From positions 1,056,136 to 1,120,135 of the forward strand of contig JBJBDC010000001.1 in the NCBI GenBank assembly GCA_047285535.1: a stretch of 64,000 nucleotides of DNA, written 5' to 3'. The stretch comes from Synechococcus sp. (GTDB lineage Bacteria > Cyanobacteriota > Cyanobacteriia > PCC-6307 > Cyanobiaceae). This document shows positions 41,121 to 52,719 of this stretch, in pieces. Numbering within the stretch: position 1 is the first letter of the stretch; each line of letters starts with the position of its first letter. The notes under the pieces were generated by a model. It saw only the letters and a program-made list of their open reading frames with translations. It searched no databases and was not told the origin of the DNA. The position numbers and the translations under genes are program-made.

Positions 41121-44100
41121 TTAGAACCGGAAGAAAACCTGCAGCTGACTTTGCCAAGTGCCCTGAGAATCAACAGATCCTGAGATACTCAGATTTGGAT
41201 CTATTTGATAAGTAAGGCTTCCCTGAGGAGGAATATCATCTCGACTAGGTGCAGCCAAAACAGAGAAATTAATCCGATCCGAAATGTCCACGCCGAGATC
41301 AGTAACGATTGCCAGTTGTGGTGGAACACGACCAGATACTCGCTCACCTTCATTACTCACACCAGGTGTCACGTAAGTGGGATAAAGTGCAAACTGAAGA
41401 CGTTGACTGAGGGCATCGGTAAACGTTCCGAGGATCGGAGACAGTAAGGATTGACCGACCACTGCTGCAAGTGCCGTGCCAGCACCTGCTCCTGTTAACC
41501 CAGACAAAGAGTTACCTCCGATCAAACCAAGAAGCTGGGCCTGTGACATAGGAGGCGAACTGCGCAGCAAAATATTGTCAGCGAGACGATTAGCAGGTCC
41601 CTCGGCCTGAAGCATCACTTTCACCAGACGCAATTGCCCTCCAGCTCCAAGGGTGCCTGTGCCATTGGTGTCAAAAACTGAAGTTGAAGAAGTATTGCTC
41701 CCGATTCCAATATTGACGCTGTCAGAAACCCTGGTCTCCATTGCGACATCAACATATGGGATCAAACCGAGCGAAGGCGTAAAGACTGCAACATTCGGAG
41801 CTCTTCGATCCAAATTAAAGGTAGTGGTAAACATCGACACACGACCTGTGAGCAACTGAATCACACCCCTTAATCGAATATTTTTGTCCAGAGGTCCATT
41901 CACAGTGATTAATCCGGCCGTAGTGAAATTGGCTACAGGTTGCACTTGAACTTTTAAGTCAGGTCCAAACTGCAGACGCAAGTTGTTAAATCCAATAAAA
42001 GGTAAATCAGGGAGAGAGGCCTTAAGCGACCGGCTTGGATCGCCTTCTATCTCTGGACCAAGCAAAACCAGAGGTTTTTGAAAATCCCAATTCTCCTCAA
42101 GCAAAGCATTGGTAGTGACCGCTGTGTTGGGAGCTATGGCTTTCACAGTCGAAACGCTTTTCTCGTCATCGTTCACTGCTTTTGAAAGCATGATCTTTCT
42201 AGGTGTAATTGTCCCTTCACTCAGCTGAAGACCCCCCTGAATATCAGGACGGACAAGTGCTCCACTCACACGAAGATCAGCAGCCAGAGCCACATCAGCG
42301 ATAGGTAATTTGATCCGTGACTTCTCAATGGTGATCGTCAATGGAGATTTTTCAGTGGCAGGATTGAACAGCGACAGAGCACCGCTGGCGTTGAGTGTTC
42401 CAGACGAACCAATTTGCCCCTTGAGTTCCTGCACCTCAAGATGATCAAAATCAAAGAAGACAGAACTATTAACATTGCGAATATTCTGTTGCTGAACAAC
42501 AAATTCTCCTTCGTTGATCTTGAAGAAGCCATGGGCTTCAGGTGCTAAGAGGCTGCCTCCAATCAAAAGAATTAGATCAGTACTCCCTTTGCTCCACTGA
42601 ATTGCATCTCCAGAAAATCCTGCCAAAAAGCGCAGTCCATCGCCCTGACTCTCAACCCTTACATCCATTGAGCGATCAGGGGTGATTGGGACCTGTCCAA
42701 TCAAAGTCAGAGGCTCTTCAGCCCCTTCAGCCCGCAAGGCCAAATCAAGCTGCAAGTTGTTATTAACAAACCGCACCTGACCGCGATCAAGAACAATCGG
42801 CTCCTGGCCAACACGTGCCTCCTCCAATACAAGCTCAGTAGTTAGCTGCGGAGCGCCCTTATCAAACTGATAGCTGCCCTTCAGACCGAGAGCCCCTTGC
42901 AAGGCGGAGGGAACTGGTGCAACCAGAGCCAAGAGACTGAAAGGTAAATGGGCGAGAGAAAAATGTCCTTCACCGCCCTGAAGAGGGCCCTTGAGCTCAG
43001 CGATGAACGGTTTCACCTGCAGAGCGATGTCTTCATCCTGACCATCAATCCACAGATGTCCACGTGCTTTCAGATCAACATCCAGGCGGGTCAAATTTGG
43101 CCCCTGAAGATCAATGACAGCATCCACTTGTCCACGCAGATCTTCAGGATGAAACGCTTCCTTCTCTCTCCTGTCTCGGCGTGCCTCATTGATCGCCAAT
43201 TGAGCGTCTCTTAAAGCCCGGAGCTGCCCATCCAAAGAGCCCCCAAACGTGTTCACCAGCAAGGTGCCTAAATCAGTTGCATCACCTTTAGAGGCAGGAA
43301 GCTGCTCAGCCAGCTGAGGAAGACTAAGGGCACTATTGGTAAGCCACCGTGCGCTGAGCCCGCGGGCCTGAAGCTCAGCATCAACCTCAGCGTTAAGTCG
43401 CCCATCCGCTTGAAACGTGATCTGTCCAGTGTCAGGCGGCAACATTTCACCGCTGATTCCATAGCGATCGTTCTTGTACTGGGCAGTCATCAAAACCTGC
43501 CGCAGCTGAATCCCCATCAATCCAGGTTGAGAGAGCGCAAGATCGGCCTTCATGCTCCAGGGCTGCAAACTCAAAGAACCAGAACCACTCAGACGGCCAT
43601 AAACACCCTCCCATCGCTGTTTCGGTGGTAACTCCAACTCCAAACCATCCACGCTCAGATCGTTCGCAGTCCAGCGGTAGAGAGCAGGAGTCCCACTGAT
43701 CTGAAGCTGTCCATTTCTGCGCTGCAGGCGCAAGGTTTGCGGTAACCAATTAGCTCCGAGCAGGGCATCAAACGAGCCTGGGATCACCGCACCAACAGAT
43801 GCCATCCGCAGCTGACCACCACCACCAGGTCGCCCCTCAAAACGACCCTTCCAGTTTTCAACCAGGCGAATGGCACCCGCCCGGGGGCTATTGACCTCGA
43901 TCTGCAGATCAGGCTGGAGCGATTGAAGAGGGCCACTGATCTTTCCTTTGGCAGCGATCGAGCCGTCCATCACCGTTCCCAAAAGGGAACCAACCCTGCT
44001 GAGTGGATACCCCTCCAGTCGCAGATTGGATTTCAACTCCCCTACCCGAATCCCACCCTTGCCAACTTGAAGAGGCAAGGCAGCCTCTGCATTGAGCTGC

Positions 44101-45545
44101 GGACTTCTGAATCGTTTCAGACGTAATAAACCCTGTTTCGCAGACCAATCAACCTGAAGCGACCAATCCTCCAGCAAAGGATTGTTGATTTGATTCAAGG
44201 CCAACTGCAGTCGAGGCGCGCGAGTCGGGCCAGACACTCTCAAGCCCCCTTTCAGAGGGTCCTTTGTCCCCAACAATGCAGGAACTAAAGGCAACCCCTT
44301 CCATGCTTGACCACTCAATAGAAGCTGCTGTGTCTTGACATCCAGCTGAGGAAACAATGGTCCCTTTGCCTTGACGACTAAGCCTGGGGCTCGAAGAGAA
44401 AGGCGATCGAGAGTGGCTTTCCAATGCTTGCGACGACGTCCATCGCCACGCACCTGCAGATCAATCCCAATCGGTTGGTCAAGGAGATTCGACGAGGGAA
44501 GCCGCCATGCCCCCGCCAGTCTGAGTCGAGGCTGTGACCATTCCCCATTCAGTGTGAGAGCTAACTGGCTGTCCTTATTGATCTCCTTCAGAATCGCTCG
44601 GAGATCAAGGTTCTTATTCAGCTGAAGTTGACCGCCAAGACTGGCCCGATAAGGACCATAACTCCACTGAGTACGCGGAATAGACAGACGATCATCCTTG
44701 CAACTGAGACGCAACTGGCGAGATTCAAGTGAGTGTTGAAGCGGTTCTCCACTCACCTTCACACCCACAACAGATAGTGCACCTCCACAGCTGGCTTGAC
44801 CTTGATTCCATCCAACCGTCAGATTGCCACCCACTTGGCCTTGCATCTGAAAAGGCTTCTCCATGGGAAGCAGACCATTCAATCGATCCAGACGAATTCG
44901 CTCAAGCCGCGTACTGATCTGTAATTCAGGATGGTCCCAACGCGCACGACCTTTCAAGTTCAGCGTGCCGCGATCCGGCAGACGCACCTTAAAAGCTCCA
45001 TCTGCCCACTTTTCATTAAGACGCAATCGGGTTGCTCCCGCCAGCGACAGCTGAAGCTGTCCGGGTTGAACGCGAATTTTTGCCGGATCAACAAGACGAA
45101 CGCGAAGATCCACTCGTTGATGAAACTCACCATGCTTCCTGGGGCCTGGCACCCAAAACTGTCCATTTTGATTGCGGCGGAGGTTCACATTGACCCCCTT
45201 CAACCTGGCCACTAACACCAGCCGGAATTGGCGAATGCTGGATAGAGGATCGATCCCCAGGGTCAGTTTCTGCAACCGAAGAGTCGAGGCATCGTTGGTT
45301 CCTGGGGGAATACTGATCGGTCCAATACCGATTCCATGAAGGCCAAGTCCGCGGTAGGAGCCGATCTGAATTGGATGCCCCAGAGGACTAGCCAACTGTC
45401 GTTCCAGGGATGGACGCAGCCGATCCACAGCACCCGCGATCAATCGGTCAACACTGATCCAAACGGCAGCAGCAGCCAAAACAGTGAAACCAAGTCCAGA
45501 GATCACCACTCTTGGAGCCATCGCGCCTCTGCTTCTGCTCCGCAT
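41121..45545 (-). CDS. tamB: Translocation/assembly module TamB (DUF490/TIC236-like)
   Basis: 1474 aa, N-terminal anchor, beta-strand-rich body, C-terminal beta signal QLQVFFRF. Confidence 0.85.
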   Translation of the reverse strand: MRSRSRGAMAPRVVISGLGFTVLAAAAVWISVDRLIAGAVDRLRPSLERQLASPLGHPIQIGSYRGLGLHGIGIGPISIPPGTNDASTLRLQKLTLGIDPLSSIRQFRLVLVARLKGVNVNLRRNQNGQFWVPGPRKHGEFHQRVDLRVRLVDPAKIRVQPGQLQLSLAGATRLRLNEKWADGAFKVRLPDRGTLNLKGRARWDHPELQISTRLERIRLDRLNGLLPMEKPFQMQGQVGGNLTVGWNQGQASCGGALSVVGVKVSGEPLQHSLESRQLRLSCKDDRLSIPRTQWSYGPYRASLGGQLQLNKNLDLRAILKEINKDSQLALTLNGEWSQPRLRLAGAWRLPSSNLLDQPIGIDLQVRGDGRRRKHWKATLDRLSLRAPGLVVKAKGPLFPQLDVKTQQLLLSGQAWKGLPLVPALLGTKDPLKGGLRVSGPTRAPRLQLALNQINNPLLEDWSLQVDWSAKQGLLRLKRFRSPQLNAEAALPLQVGKGGIRVGELKSNLRLEGYPLSRVGSLLGTVMDGSIAAKGKISGPLQSLQPDLQIEVNSPRAGAIRLVENWKGRFEGRPGGGGQLRMASVGAVIPGSFDALLGANWLPQTLRLQRRNGQLQISGTPALYRWTANDLSVDGLELELPPKQRWEGVYGRLSGSGSLSLQPWSMKADLALSQPGLMGIQLRQVLMTAQYKNDRYGISGEMLPPDTGQITFQADGRLNAEVDAELQARGLSARWLTNSALSLPQLAEQLPASKGDATDLGTLLVNTFGGSLDGQLRALRDAQLAINEARRDRREKEAFHPEDLRGQVDAVIDLQGPNLTRLDVDLKARGHLWIDGQDEDIALQVKPFIAELKGPLQGGEGHFSLAHLPFSLLALVAPVPSALQGALGLKGSYQFDKGAPQLTTELVLEEARVGQEPIVLDRGQVRFVNNNLQLDLALRAEGAEEPLTLIGQVPITPDRSMDVRVESQGDGLRFLAGFSGDAIQWSKGSTDLILLIGGSLLAPEAHGFFKINEGEFVVQQQNIRNVNSSVFFDFDHLEVQELKGQIGSSGTLNASGALSLFNPATEKSPLTITIEKSRIKLPIADVALAADLRVSGALVRPDIQGGLQLSEGTITPRKIMLSKAVNDDEKSVSTVKAIAPNTAVTTNALLEENWDFQKPLVLLGPEIEGDPSRSLKASLPDLPFIGFNNLRLQFGPDLKVQVQPVANFTTAGLITVNGPLDKNIRLRGVIQLLTGRVSMFTTTFNLDRRAPNVAVFTPSLGLIPYVDVAMETRVSDSVNIGIGSNTSSTSVFDTNGTGTLGAGGQLRLVKVMLQAEGPANRLADNILLRSSPPMSQAQLLGLIGGNSLSGLTGAGAGTALAAVVGQSLLSPILGTFTDALSQRLQFALYPTYVTPGVSNEGERVSGRVPPQLAIVTDLGVDISDRINFSVLAAPSRDDIPPQGSLTYQIDPNLSISGSVDSQGTWQSQLQVFFRF

Positions 45546-45609
45546 TGATGAACGTCATCCCGTCCAAGGTCGACGCAATATAGGGAGGAGATTTGTCCCT
45601 AACCAGCCC

Positions 45610-46050
45610 ATGCCTCTTATTCAATTGCTGGAAATGTCCAGCAAATGGCTGGCCTGGAGTGGCCTAGGCCTCTCACTCATCACATTGATTGCATTCTTGA
45701 TGCGATGGGGACTGCGTTTTCGCCTTGTTGGCGTCAGTAGTTTTACGTTCCTGTTGGCAGTCAGCTGCTGGGCTTTTTCAATCAGTTATGCCCCCCCGAT
45801 TCGTATAGAGGGGGCACAGCAAGTACCAATTGTGTTTGACAACGGCATCAATCTTGTCGTAGCGCAGGCTGCAAATGGATTCCCACAAGAAGCCATCACA
45901 CCCACGCTGCAGCAAGTAGCAGCAAATCTCCGCCCCGGAGGACGCAATGTTGAAGTGCGTGTTCGTCTCCGGCAGCTTCAGTCCGTTGATGAAGGAACCT
46001 CTAGACCGGTCGTGCTGGGAGAAACCATTCGAGACTTCAGGCAGAGATGA
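45610..46050 (+). CDS. ycf51: Ycf51/DUF2518 family protein
   Basis: WG.RFRLVGVSSF, VFDNG..LVV, TLQQ.A.NL, SRPVVLG. Confidence 0.85.
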   Translation: MPLIQLLEMSSKWLAWSGLGLSLITLIAFLMRWGLRFRLVGVSSFTFLLAVSCWAFSISYAPPIRIEGAQQVPIVFDNGINLVVAQAANGFPQEAITPTLQQVAANLRPGGRNVEVRVRLRQLQSVDEGTSRPVVLGETIRDFRQR

Positions 46051-46451
46051 ACGCAGACAACCCTCTCAATGAGTTGCCTCAAGGTTTTAGGGATGAGCAC
46101 CGAGATCTTCAGAAGGCTGGAATTACCACATGGGGACAACTACGCGTCCTCAATGATCAAAACCTGAGTCGTCTAGTAAGAACAGGCCGCTCGACAGCAA
46201 GCCATCTCAAACGCCTTCGCGGCATGGCCGAACTCGTTTGCTTGTTAGAGATTGCTCCAGCGGATGCAGCCTTGCTGATGCACTCAGGATTTGGAACCGT
46301 CGCTTCCGTCGCGACCTCGTCTCCGCAAGAGATTATGAACCGCACCGGCCGCCTTGAACGCCAGCTGGGAAGTGGGAGACCTCCATTGGTGAATCTTGCA
46401 GTTGCCCGACATTGGATCCTTAGAGCAAAAGCCAGGCAAAACATGAACTGA
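46047..46451 (+). CDS. DUF4332 domain (HhH) protein
   Basis: L..AGI.TW, A.L.C..EIAPADAALLMHSG..TV, W..RA. Confidence 0.8.
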   Translation: MNADNPLNELPQGFRDEHRDLQKAGITTWGQLRVLNDQNLSRLVRTGRSTASHLKRLRGMAELVCLLEIAPADAALLMHSGFGTVASVATSSPQEIMNRTGRLERQLGSGRPPLVNLAVARHWILRAKARQNMN

Positions 46452-46516
46452 CCGCCCGCAGCGGCAACCGTCGTCTCATGCGTTTCAAATAGAACTTAGT
46501 TCATTAAGGAGGAACC

Positions 46517-46828
46517 ATGCGTCCCCTCCATCAGGCTCATAACAAGGATTTCTTTTTGAGACATCTGGCGATCAAAGTCCTACCAATCGCCTTACTGATG
46601 ACAGCGTCAGCTGGTTTTTCTCAGTCAAGCCTTTTAGAAACCGTCAAACGAAATCCCGGGGAAGCCAAAGCACTCTGCCAGCAGTTCAAATCATTGAACA
46701 GCGAGGGGAAATCGGCCTTGTCCTCTCAAGCCATCAAGCAACTTGCATCTCAACGCAACCTGAGCACCAACGACGCAGAAATTCTTGCGACCTACGTGAT
46801 CGGATTGCACTGTTCGGATGTTCGCTGA
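46517..46828 (+). CDS. Small secreted conserved protein
   Basis: Signal-like segment, SLLETVKRNP.EA..LC, YVIGLHC.DV. Confidence 0.7.
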   Translation: MRPLHQAHNKDFFLRHLAIKVLPIALLMTASAGFSQSSLLETVKRNPGEAKALCQQFKSLNSEGKSALSSQAIKQLASQRNLSTNDAEILATYVIGLHCSDVR

Positions 46829-48410
46829 CGCGACATTGCTGACTCCAGATCGCGTGTCCCTGGTGACACGCATCTGGACTCCTGAAGAAGGTGGACCATG
46901 GCCAACCCTGCTCATGCGACAACCCTATGGAAGGGCTATTGCATCCACCGTGACGATCCCTCATCCCCAATGGTGGACAGACCAGGGATTCGCCGTTTTT
47001 GTTCAAGACGTACGCGGGCAGGGCGACTCAGAAGGAGTGTTTGAAGGTTTCAGCCAAGAAGCTGCAGACACTGCATCAACCATGGCTTGGCTTCGAGAAC
47101 GACCCGAGTGCAATGGGCGAATTGGCCTTTTTGGATTCTCTTATCAAGGTCTGACCCAGCTGCTTGCACCAAAGGACTGCCCAGCGCCTGATTGCCTCGC
47201 TCCAGCCATGTGCGGTTTGTCTGAGCGAGAGCATTGGAGTTGTGATGGCGGTGCTCACTGGTGGCACCTCGGTCTTGGCTGGGGCTTGCAGCTTGCCGCT
47301 CTGCAAGCCAAGCGACGCAATGATCAAAAGGCTTGGGATGAACTTCACAATGCTCTTGTGGATGGTCGCTACTTGCACGAAGGAGTGGCTCTTTTAGAGC
47401 GTCATGATCCCAATGGAATGGCGCTCCGCTGGTTGCAACAAAACCCAGACCAGCCCGCCGACTGGATTATCCATAGTCCATCGGAATCCTGGATATGCCA
47501 GCCAATGTTGCTGATCGGTGGCTGGTGGGACCCTCATCTTCGTGGCCTCCTTGACCTTCTCGCAAAGGCCAGAACAAGTGGCGGCAACCCAGAGGTTCAC
47601 ATCGGACCAGCCAGCCATCTGCAGTGGTGGCCGGAAACCTCCAAACTGCTGCTTGATTTTTTCAATCATCATCTCAAAGGCAATCCCACTAGTACCCAAC
47701 AGCAAACAGCAACGATCAGGCTCTGGGACCAAGGAGATGCCACATGGTCGAACAAAAGCGAAAACGAATGCTCTGCTCATTCCTGGCAGCTGAGCAGCAA
47801 AGGTCTTGCTTGCCTTGATGTCCACGATGGTCAATTGCTCGACTCAGCCACTCCTGGATCAGGAGAGTGCGCAATCGTGCATGATCCTTGGCGTCCTGCA
47901 CCTTCCGTCGGTGGGCATTTGAGCCCAACCGCTGGTCCATTCAATCGGAACGCCATTGATCAACGGTCTGACGTGGCCGTATTCAACTCCGCACCTCTTC
48001 AAACATCACTTCAACTTTTTGGCCGCCCAAGGTTGCGAGTTGAGGTAACCGCGGATCAGCCGGCTTTTGATCTCTGCGCTTCGCTTTCAAGAGTGCCTGC
48101 TGATCAAGAAGCTGATCCAGATCAGGTGCAGCAACTCTCCACAGGTGTGTTGCGAGTTCACCGGATCAACGATTTGGCATCCTCCGAGATCACGGTGGAA
48201 CTTCAGCCGCTCCTCGCTAGCTTCAAGCCAGGTGATCGTCTGCGGCTTTCACTCGCTGGAGCTGCTTGGCCAGCGATTGGCATCAATCCAGGAGATGGCG
48301 AGCGATGCTGTGGCCCGCCCAACAGCGATTGCCGAGTCATCACCATTTATTTGCAGCTGGAGAAAGCGACACTGCAAATGGCGCCACTAGTTCTGACCCA
48401 AGCAGGATGA
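46818..48410 (+). CDS. CocE/NonD family hydrolase (peptidase S15)
   Basis: LMRQPYG, QDVRGQGDSEG, GFSYQG, IGGWWD, GDRLRLSLAG. Confidence 0.9.
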   Translation: MFADATLLTPDRVSLVTRIWTPEEGGPWPTLLMRQPYGRAIASTVTIPHPQWWTDQGFAVFVQDVRGQGDSEGVFEGFSQEAADTASTMAWLRERPECNGRIGLFGFSYQGLTQLLAPKDCPAPDCLAPAMCGLSEREHWSCDGGAHWWHLGLGWGLQLAALQAKRRNDQKAWDELHNALVDGRYLHEGVALLERHDPNGMALRWLQQNPDQPADWIIHSPSESWICQPMLLIGGWWDPHLRGLLDLLAKARTSGGNPEVHIGPASHLQWWPETSKLLLDFFNHHLKGNPTSTQQQTATIRLWDQGDATWSNKSENECSAHSWQLSSKGLACLDVHDGQLLDSATPGSGECAIVHDPWRPAPSVGGHLSPTAGPFNRNAIDQRSDVAVFNSAPLQTSLQLFGRPRLRVEVTADQPAFDLCASLSRVPADQEADPDQVQQLSTGVLRVHRINDLASSEITVELQPLLASFKPGDRLRLSLAGAAWPAIGINPGDGERCCGPPNSDCRVITIYLQLEKATLQMAPLVLTQAG

Positions 48411-48446
48411 ACTCCGGCAAACTGACCCCATTACTGAACCACATTC

Positions 48447-49187
48447 ATGAAGCTCTCCTCCTGCCTTCTGGTCTGCGCTCTGGCGGCACCGGTGCTGCAG
48501 GTGTTCCCTGTGCCAGCGGCCCGAGGAGAACAGCTAGTAGCCCAGGGGATATCGGCCCCCCGCACCCCACTGAGCGCCAGCCAAGCCACGCAGGCAGCAG
48601 ATGCACTTTTGACTGCTCTCCAAACCCGTAATGCGCAGGGGTTGTTCGATCTCTTATCGACTCCTCTTCAAAACGCAACAACTGTTGAACAGGTACAAAG
48701 TCGCTTGAAGAAGGCCCATCGCATCAAATCCACTCGTGTGGTGGCGATTTATCCAGGCATGGATGACACCACTGTGGATGTGATTGCTCAAACCGAGGAT
48801 GGGAACAAAGAGCTGCTTCTCGTCCTCGACGATGACGGAAAGCTCGTGGCTTGGAAATGGCTGGGCGAAACTCTGCCGATCGAGACAACTGCTCTGAAAT
48901 TTGTCCGTGATCTAGAAGAGCAACGTTGGATTGCAGCTCGCTACTACTTGTCTCTTGATTTCCAGAAGGAGATCTCTCCTGAAGATCTTCAACGCAAGTG
49001 GAGCAAGTTAAGCCGAGTGCTTGGCGGGGTTAAACGGATCAAAAACGCAGTTGTGGCAAGCCAAGGAGGCGAGCAACAACTCGTGTTAGTCACCATTGAA
49101 TTCGGAACGGTGACGGACAACCTATTTGTCATTTTCGATCCTCAGGGCAGGATCATCAACGTGGACTTCTCCGAGGATCTGGTTTGA
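48447..49187 (+). CDS. DUF3887 domain secreted protein
   Basis: Signal peptide followed by two tandem NTF2-like repeats. Confidence 0.75.
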   Translation: MKLSSCLLVCALAAPVLQVFPVPAARGEQLVAQGISAPRTPLSASQATQAADALLTALQTRNAQGLFDLLSTPLQNATTVEQVQSRLKKAHRIKSTRVVAIYPGMDDTTVDVIAQTEDGNKELLLVLDDDGKLVAWKWLGETLPIETTALKFVRDLEEQRWIAARYYLSLDFQKEISPEDLQRKWSKLSRVLGGVKRIKNAVVASQGGEQQLVLVTIEFGTVTDNLFVIFDPQGRIINVDFSEDLV

Positions 49188-49266
49188 TCTCAAAACCCTA
49201 AGAGAATCCATGTAAACAAGGCGGGGTTTCCGCCTAAGCTCCCGGCCAACGAAGATCATTCCCTGC

Positions 49267-51564
49267 ATGACCAGCGCTGTTCTCAACTGGATTGTTCAGG
49301 ACAGCCAGAGGCTGGCCGAATGCCGGCATGACCACCCTTTTTCGCTACTTGGCCCCCATCAGCTGGAGACAGGACAGTGGGTCGTCAGAGCTTGGGTTCC
49401 CGAAGCTGACACTGTTGAACTGCTGCTGGACGGGCAGCACCTTGGGATGGAGACCCCACATCACCCTTGGCTTTTCGAAGCAGAATGTTCACGGGATCCT
49501 GGTCTCAACTACAGATTGCATATCAGCCGAGGAGGGATCGAGCACGAACAATTCGATCCTTGGGCCTTTCGTCACGAGTGGATGGGCGAGATGGATCGCC
49601 ATCTCTTCGCAGAAGGCAATCACCATCACATATGGCGTCGGATGGGAGCACACCGCTGCCAACAAGGAGGCATACAGGGTGTGATGTTCTGCCTGTGGGC
49701 ACCGAATGCACTGAGTGTCAGCGTGATCGGAAATCTCAATTCATGGGATGGCCGCTATCACCCGATGCAGCAAAGGCTTGGCGGGATCTGGGAACTCTTC
49801 ATTCCCGAGCTTGAGGAAGGACACCTCTACAAATACGAAATTCGCACACAAAACGGGCACTGTTATCAAAAAGCCGATCCCTATGGCTTTCAGCATGAAG
49901 TCAGACCGGATACCAGCTCAATCGTCAGCCATCTAGATGGATTTCAGTGGAGTGACGACAGCTGGATCAACAGCCGCGATAACCGCAACCCCCTCGATCA
50001 ACCGATCTCTGTCTATGAGATGCACTTGGGCAGTTGGATTCACGCCTCTGCTGACGATCCTTTCATCGAAGCCGATGGCACCCCACGACGCCCCGTACCT
50101 GCGGCCGATCTCAAGCCAGGGGCTCGCCTGCTCACCTACCAAGAGCTTGCAGATCGCCTGATTCCTTATGTGAAAGATCAAGGATTCACTCACATCGAAC
50201 TGATGCCGATCACCGAGCATCCCTTTGATGGATCTTGGGGATATCAAGTCACAGGCTGGTATGCACCCACAAGCCGCTACGGCACGCCTGACGAGTTTCG
50301 AGCCTTTGTCGATCGCTGTCATGCCGAGGGGATCGGAATCATCATCGACTGGGTGCCTGGGCACTTCCCCAAGGACAGTCATGGTCTTGCCTTTTTTGAT
50401 GGCTGCCATCTCTATGAACACGCCGATCCACGGATTGGCGAGCACAAGGAATGGGGCACTCTGATCTTCAACTACAGCCGCAATGAGGTCAGAAACTTCC
50501 TGGTTGCCAATCTGGTGTTCTGGTTTGATCAATTCCACATCGACGGTATCCGGGTGGATGCAGTGGCATCCATGCTTTACCGCGACTACTTGCGACCAGA
50601 TGGAGAGTGGTTAGCTAATGAGAATGGCGGTAGAGAAAATACCGAAGCAGTTCGCTTTCTCCAGCAAGCCAATCACGTTCTTTTCGAGCACTTTCCAGGA
50701 GCTCTCTCGATCGCAGAAGAATCCACCACTTGGCCGATGGTGACTCAGCCCACAGAACACGGCGGACTTGGGTTCAACCTGAAATGGAACATGGGTTGGA
50801 TGCACGACATGCTCGATTACTTTGAGCTGGACCCATGGTTCCGACAGTTTCACCAAAACAACATCACGTTTTCGATCTGGTATACGTACACCGAAAACTT
50901 TATGCTTGCCCTCAGTCACGACGAAGTCGTACACGGCAAGAGTCATCTGCTTCACAAGATGCCAGGAGATGACTGGCAGAAGTACGCCAACACGCGTGCC
51001 TTGCTTGCCTACATGTGGACCCATCCCGGCAAGAAAACGATCTTCATGGGCATGGAGTTCGGCCAACGTGCTGAATGGAATGTTTGGGGAGACCTGCAGT
51101 GGGATTTGCTGAATTACGAGCCGCACGTTGGCCTTCAACGGATGGTGAAGGAGCTGAATGCGCTCTACAAAAATGAACCTGCACTTTGGCAGGACGATTT
51201 CGATCAATACGGTTTCCAGTGGATTGACTGCAATGACAACCGTCACTCCGTCATCAGCTTCATGCGTAGAGAGAGCACACGCGGCTCCTGGTTAGTGGTC
51301 GTGGCCAACTTCACGCCCCAAAGCCACTCCAACTACAAAGTGGGAGTTCCAATGTCTGGCTTCTACGAAGAAATCTTCAATACAGACGCTGCCAAATACG
51401 GCGGCAGCAACCTTGGCAATCTTGGTGGCAAGCACACCGAGGAATGGGGAATCCACGGCTACGACAACTCATTGGATCTCTGTTTACCACCTCTCAGCCT
51501 CATGGTTTTTAAGCATGACCCCAAAAAAAGTTTGGATGAAGCCAGCAGCAGAGAAAGTCTTTAG
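49267..51564 (+). CDS. glgB: 1,4-alpha-glucan branching enzyme
   Basis: [43 protein letters not shown]. Confidence 0.98.
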   Translation: MTSAVLNWIVQDSQRLAECRHDHPFSLLGPHQLETGQWVVRAWVPEADTVELLLDGQHLGMETPHHPWLFEAECSRDPGLNYRLHISRGGIEHEQFDPWAFRHEWMGEMDRHLFAEGNHHHIWRRMGAHRCQQGGIQGVMFCLWAPNALSVSVIGNLNSWDGRYHPMQQRLGGIWELFIPELEEGHLYKYEIRTQNGHCYQKADPYGFQHEVRPDTSSIVSHLDGFQWSDDSWINSRDNRNPLDQPISVYEMHLGSWIHASADDPFIEADGTPRRPVPAADLKPGARLLTYQELADRLIPYVKDQGFTHIELMPITEHPFDGSWGYQVTGWYAPTSRYGTPDEFRAFVDRCHAEGIGIIIDWVPGHFPKDSHGLAFFDGCHLYEHADPRIGEHKEWGTLIFNYSRNEVRNFLVANLVFWFDQFHIDGIRVDAVASMLYRDYLRPDGEWLANENGGRENTEAVRFLQQANHVLFEHFPGALSIAEESTTWPMVTQPTEHGGLGFNLKWNMGWMHDMLDYFELDPWFRQFHQNNITFSIWYTYTENFMLALSHDEVVHGKSHLLHKMPGDDWQKYANTRALLAYMWTHPGKKTIFMGMEFGQRAEWNVWGDLQWDLLNYEPHVGLQRMVKELNALYKNEPALWQDDFDQYGFQWIDCNDNRHSVISFMRRESTRGSWLVVVANFTPQSHSNYKVGVPMSGFYEEIFNTDAAKYGGSNLGNLGGKHTEEWGIHGYDNSLDLCLPPLSLMVFKHDPKKSLDEASSRESL

Positions 51565-51660
51565 ATTCAGGTGATGTGACAAAACTGGCCGGATCGCCCA
51601 AAAACACAGCGATTTGGTCAGTTCCCTCAGGTAGGTTGCCGCCTTGATCTTCATGCATCC

Positions 51661-52719
51661 ATGAGCGACACCCTGCCCCTATTGCTCCGTGCTGCCCGCG
51701 GAGAAGCGGTAGAGCGTCCTCCTGTTTGGATGATGCGTCAAGCCGGTCGCTACATGAAGGTGTATCGCGACCTTCGCGATCGTCACCCCAGTTTCCGCGA
51801 ACGATCTGAAAACCCTGATCTCTCCTATGAGATTTCCATGCAGCCCTTCAAGGCTTTCCAGCCTGATGGGGTGATTTTGTTCTCGGATATCCTCACTCCA
51901 CTTCCCGGCATGGGAATCGACTTCGACATTGTTGAAAGCAAAGGGCCTCAAATTGGTGATCCAATCAGAAGCCTCAGGCAGGTCGAGGCTCTCAAGCCTC
52001 TCCAACCTGAAGAGAGCATGTCCTTTGTGGGAGAAGTGCTTGGAAGACTGCGCGGGAGCGTTGGTAATCAGGCAGCAGTACTCGGATTTGTAGGCGCCCC
52101 CTGGACCCTTGCCGCTTATGTCGTTGAAGGGAAAAGCAGCAAAAATTATGCGGTCATCAAAAAGATGGCCTTTCAGGAGCCTCAACTCCTTCACAAACTG
52201 CTGGATCACTTCGCACATTCAATTGCCACTTACCTGCGCTATCAAATCGATTCAGGCGCACAAGTCGTCCAGATGTTTGACTCCTGGGCCGGGCAGCTCA
52301 GCCCTGCTGATTACGACACCTTTGCAGCTCCTTATCAGAAAAAAGTTGTAGATCTGGTCAAACAGACCCATCCAGATACCCCCTTGATCCTTTACATCTC
52401 CGGAAGCGCAGGGGTCTTAGAGCGAATGGGTCGAACAGGTGTTGACTTCATTTCCCTTGATTGGACGGTCGATATGGCAGAGGGGCTCGCACGTTTGCCA
52501 GATCACGTAGGAGTTCAGGGAAATGTCGATCCGGGATTGCTGTTTGGCACCACTGATGCCATTCGAGATCGAATCGATGATTGTGTGCGTAAGGCGCGTG
52601 GTCGTCGCCATATCCTCAACCTGGGGCATGGAATCCTGCCTGGCACGCCCGAGGAGAACGGCCGCGCTTTCTTTGAAGCTGGCAAGACAGTCATGGACCG
52701 AATCGGGGTTACTGCTTGA
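51661..52719 (+). CDS. hemE: Uroporphyrinogen decarboxylase
   Basis: [34 protein letters not shown]. Confidence 0.98.
   Translation: MSDTLPLLLRAARGEAVERPPVWMMRQAGRYMKVYRDLRDRHPSFRERSENPDLSYEISMQPFKAFQPDGVILFSDILTPLPGMGIDFDIVESKGPQIGDPIRSLRQVEALKPLQPEESMSFVGEVLGRLRGSVGNQAAVLGFVGAPWTLAAYVVEGKSSKNYAVIKKMAFQEPQLLHKLLDHFAHSIATYLRYQIDSGAQVVQMFDSWAGQLSPADYDTFAAPYQKKVVDLVKQTHPDTPLILYISGSAGVLERMGRTGVDFISLDWTVDMAEGLARLPDHVGVQGNVDPGLLFGTTDAIRDRIDDCVRKARGRRHILNLGHGILPGTPEENGRAFFEAGKTVMDRIGVTA

Noticed and set aside
50611..51246. 211-aa minus ORF (and the adjacent 201-aa ORF at 49933-50538)
   Set aside because: Antisense shadows of glgB caused by codon bias.
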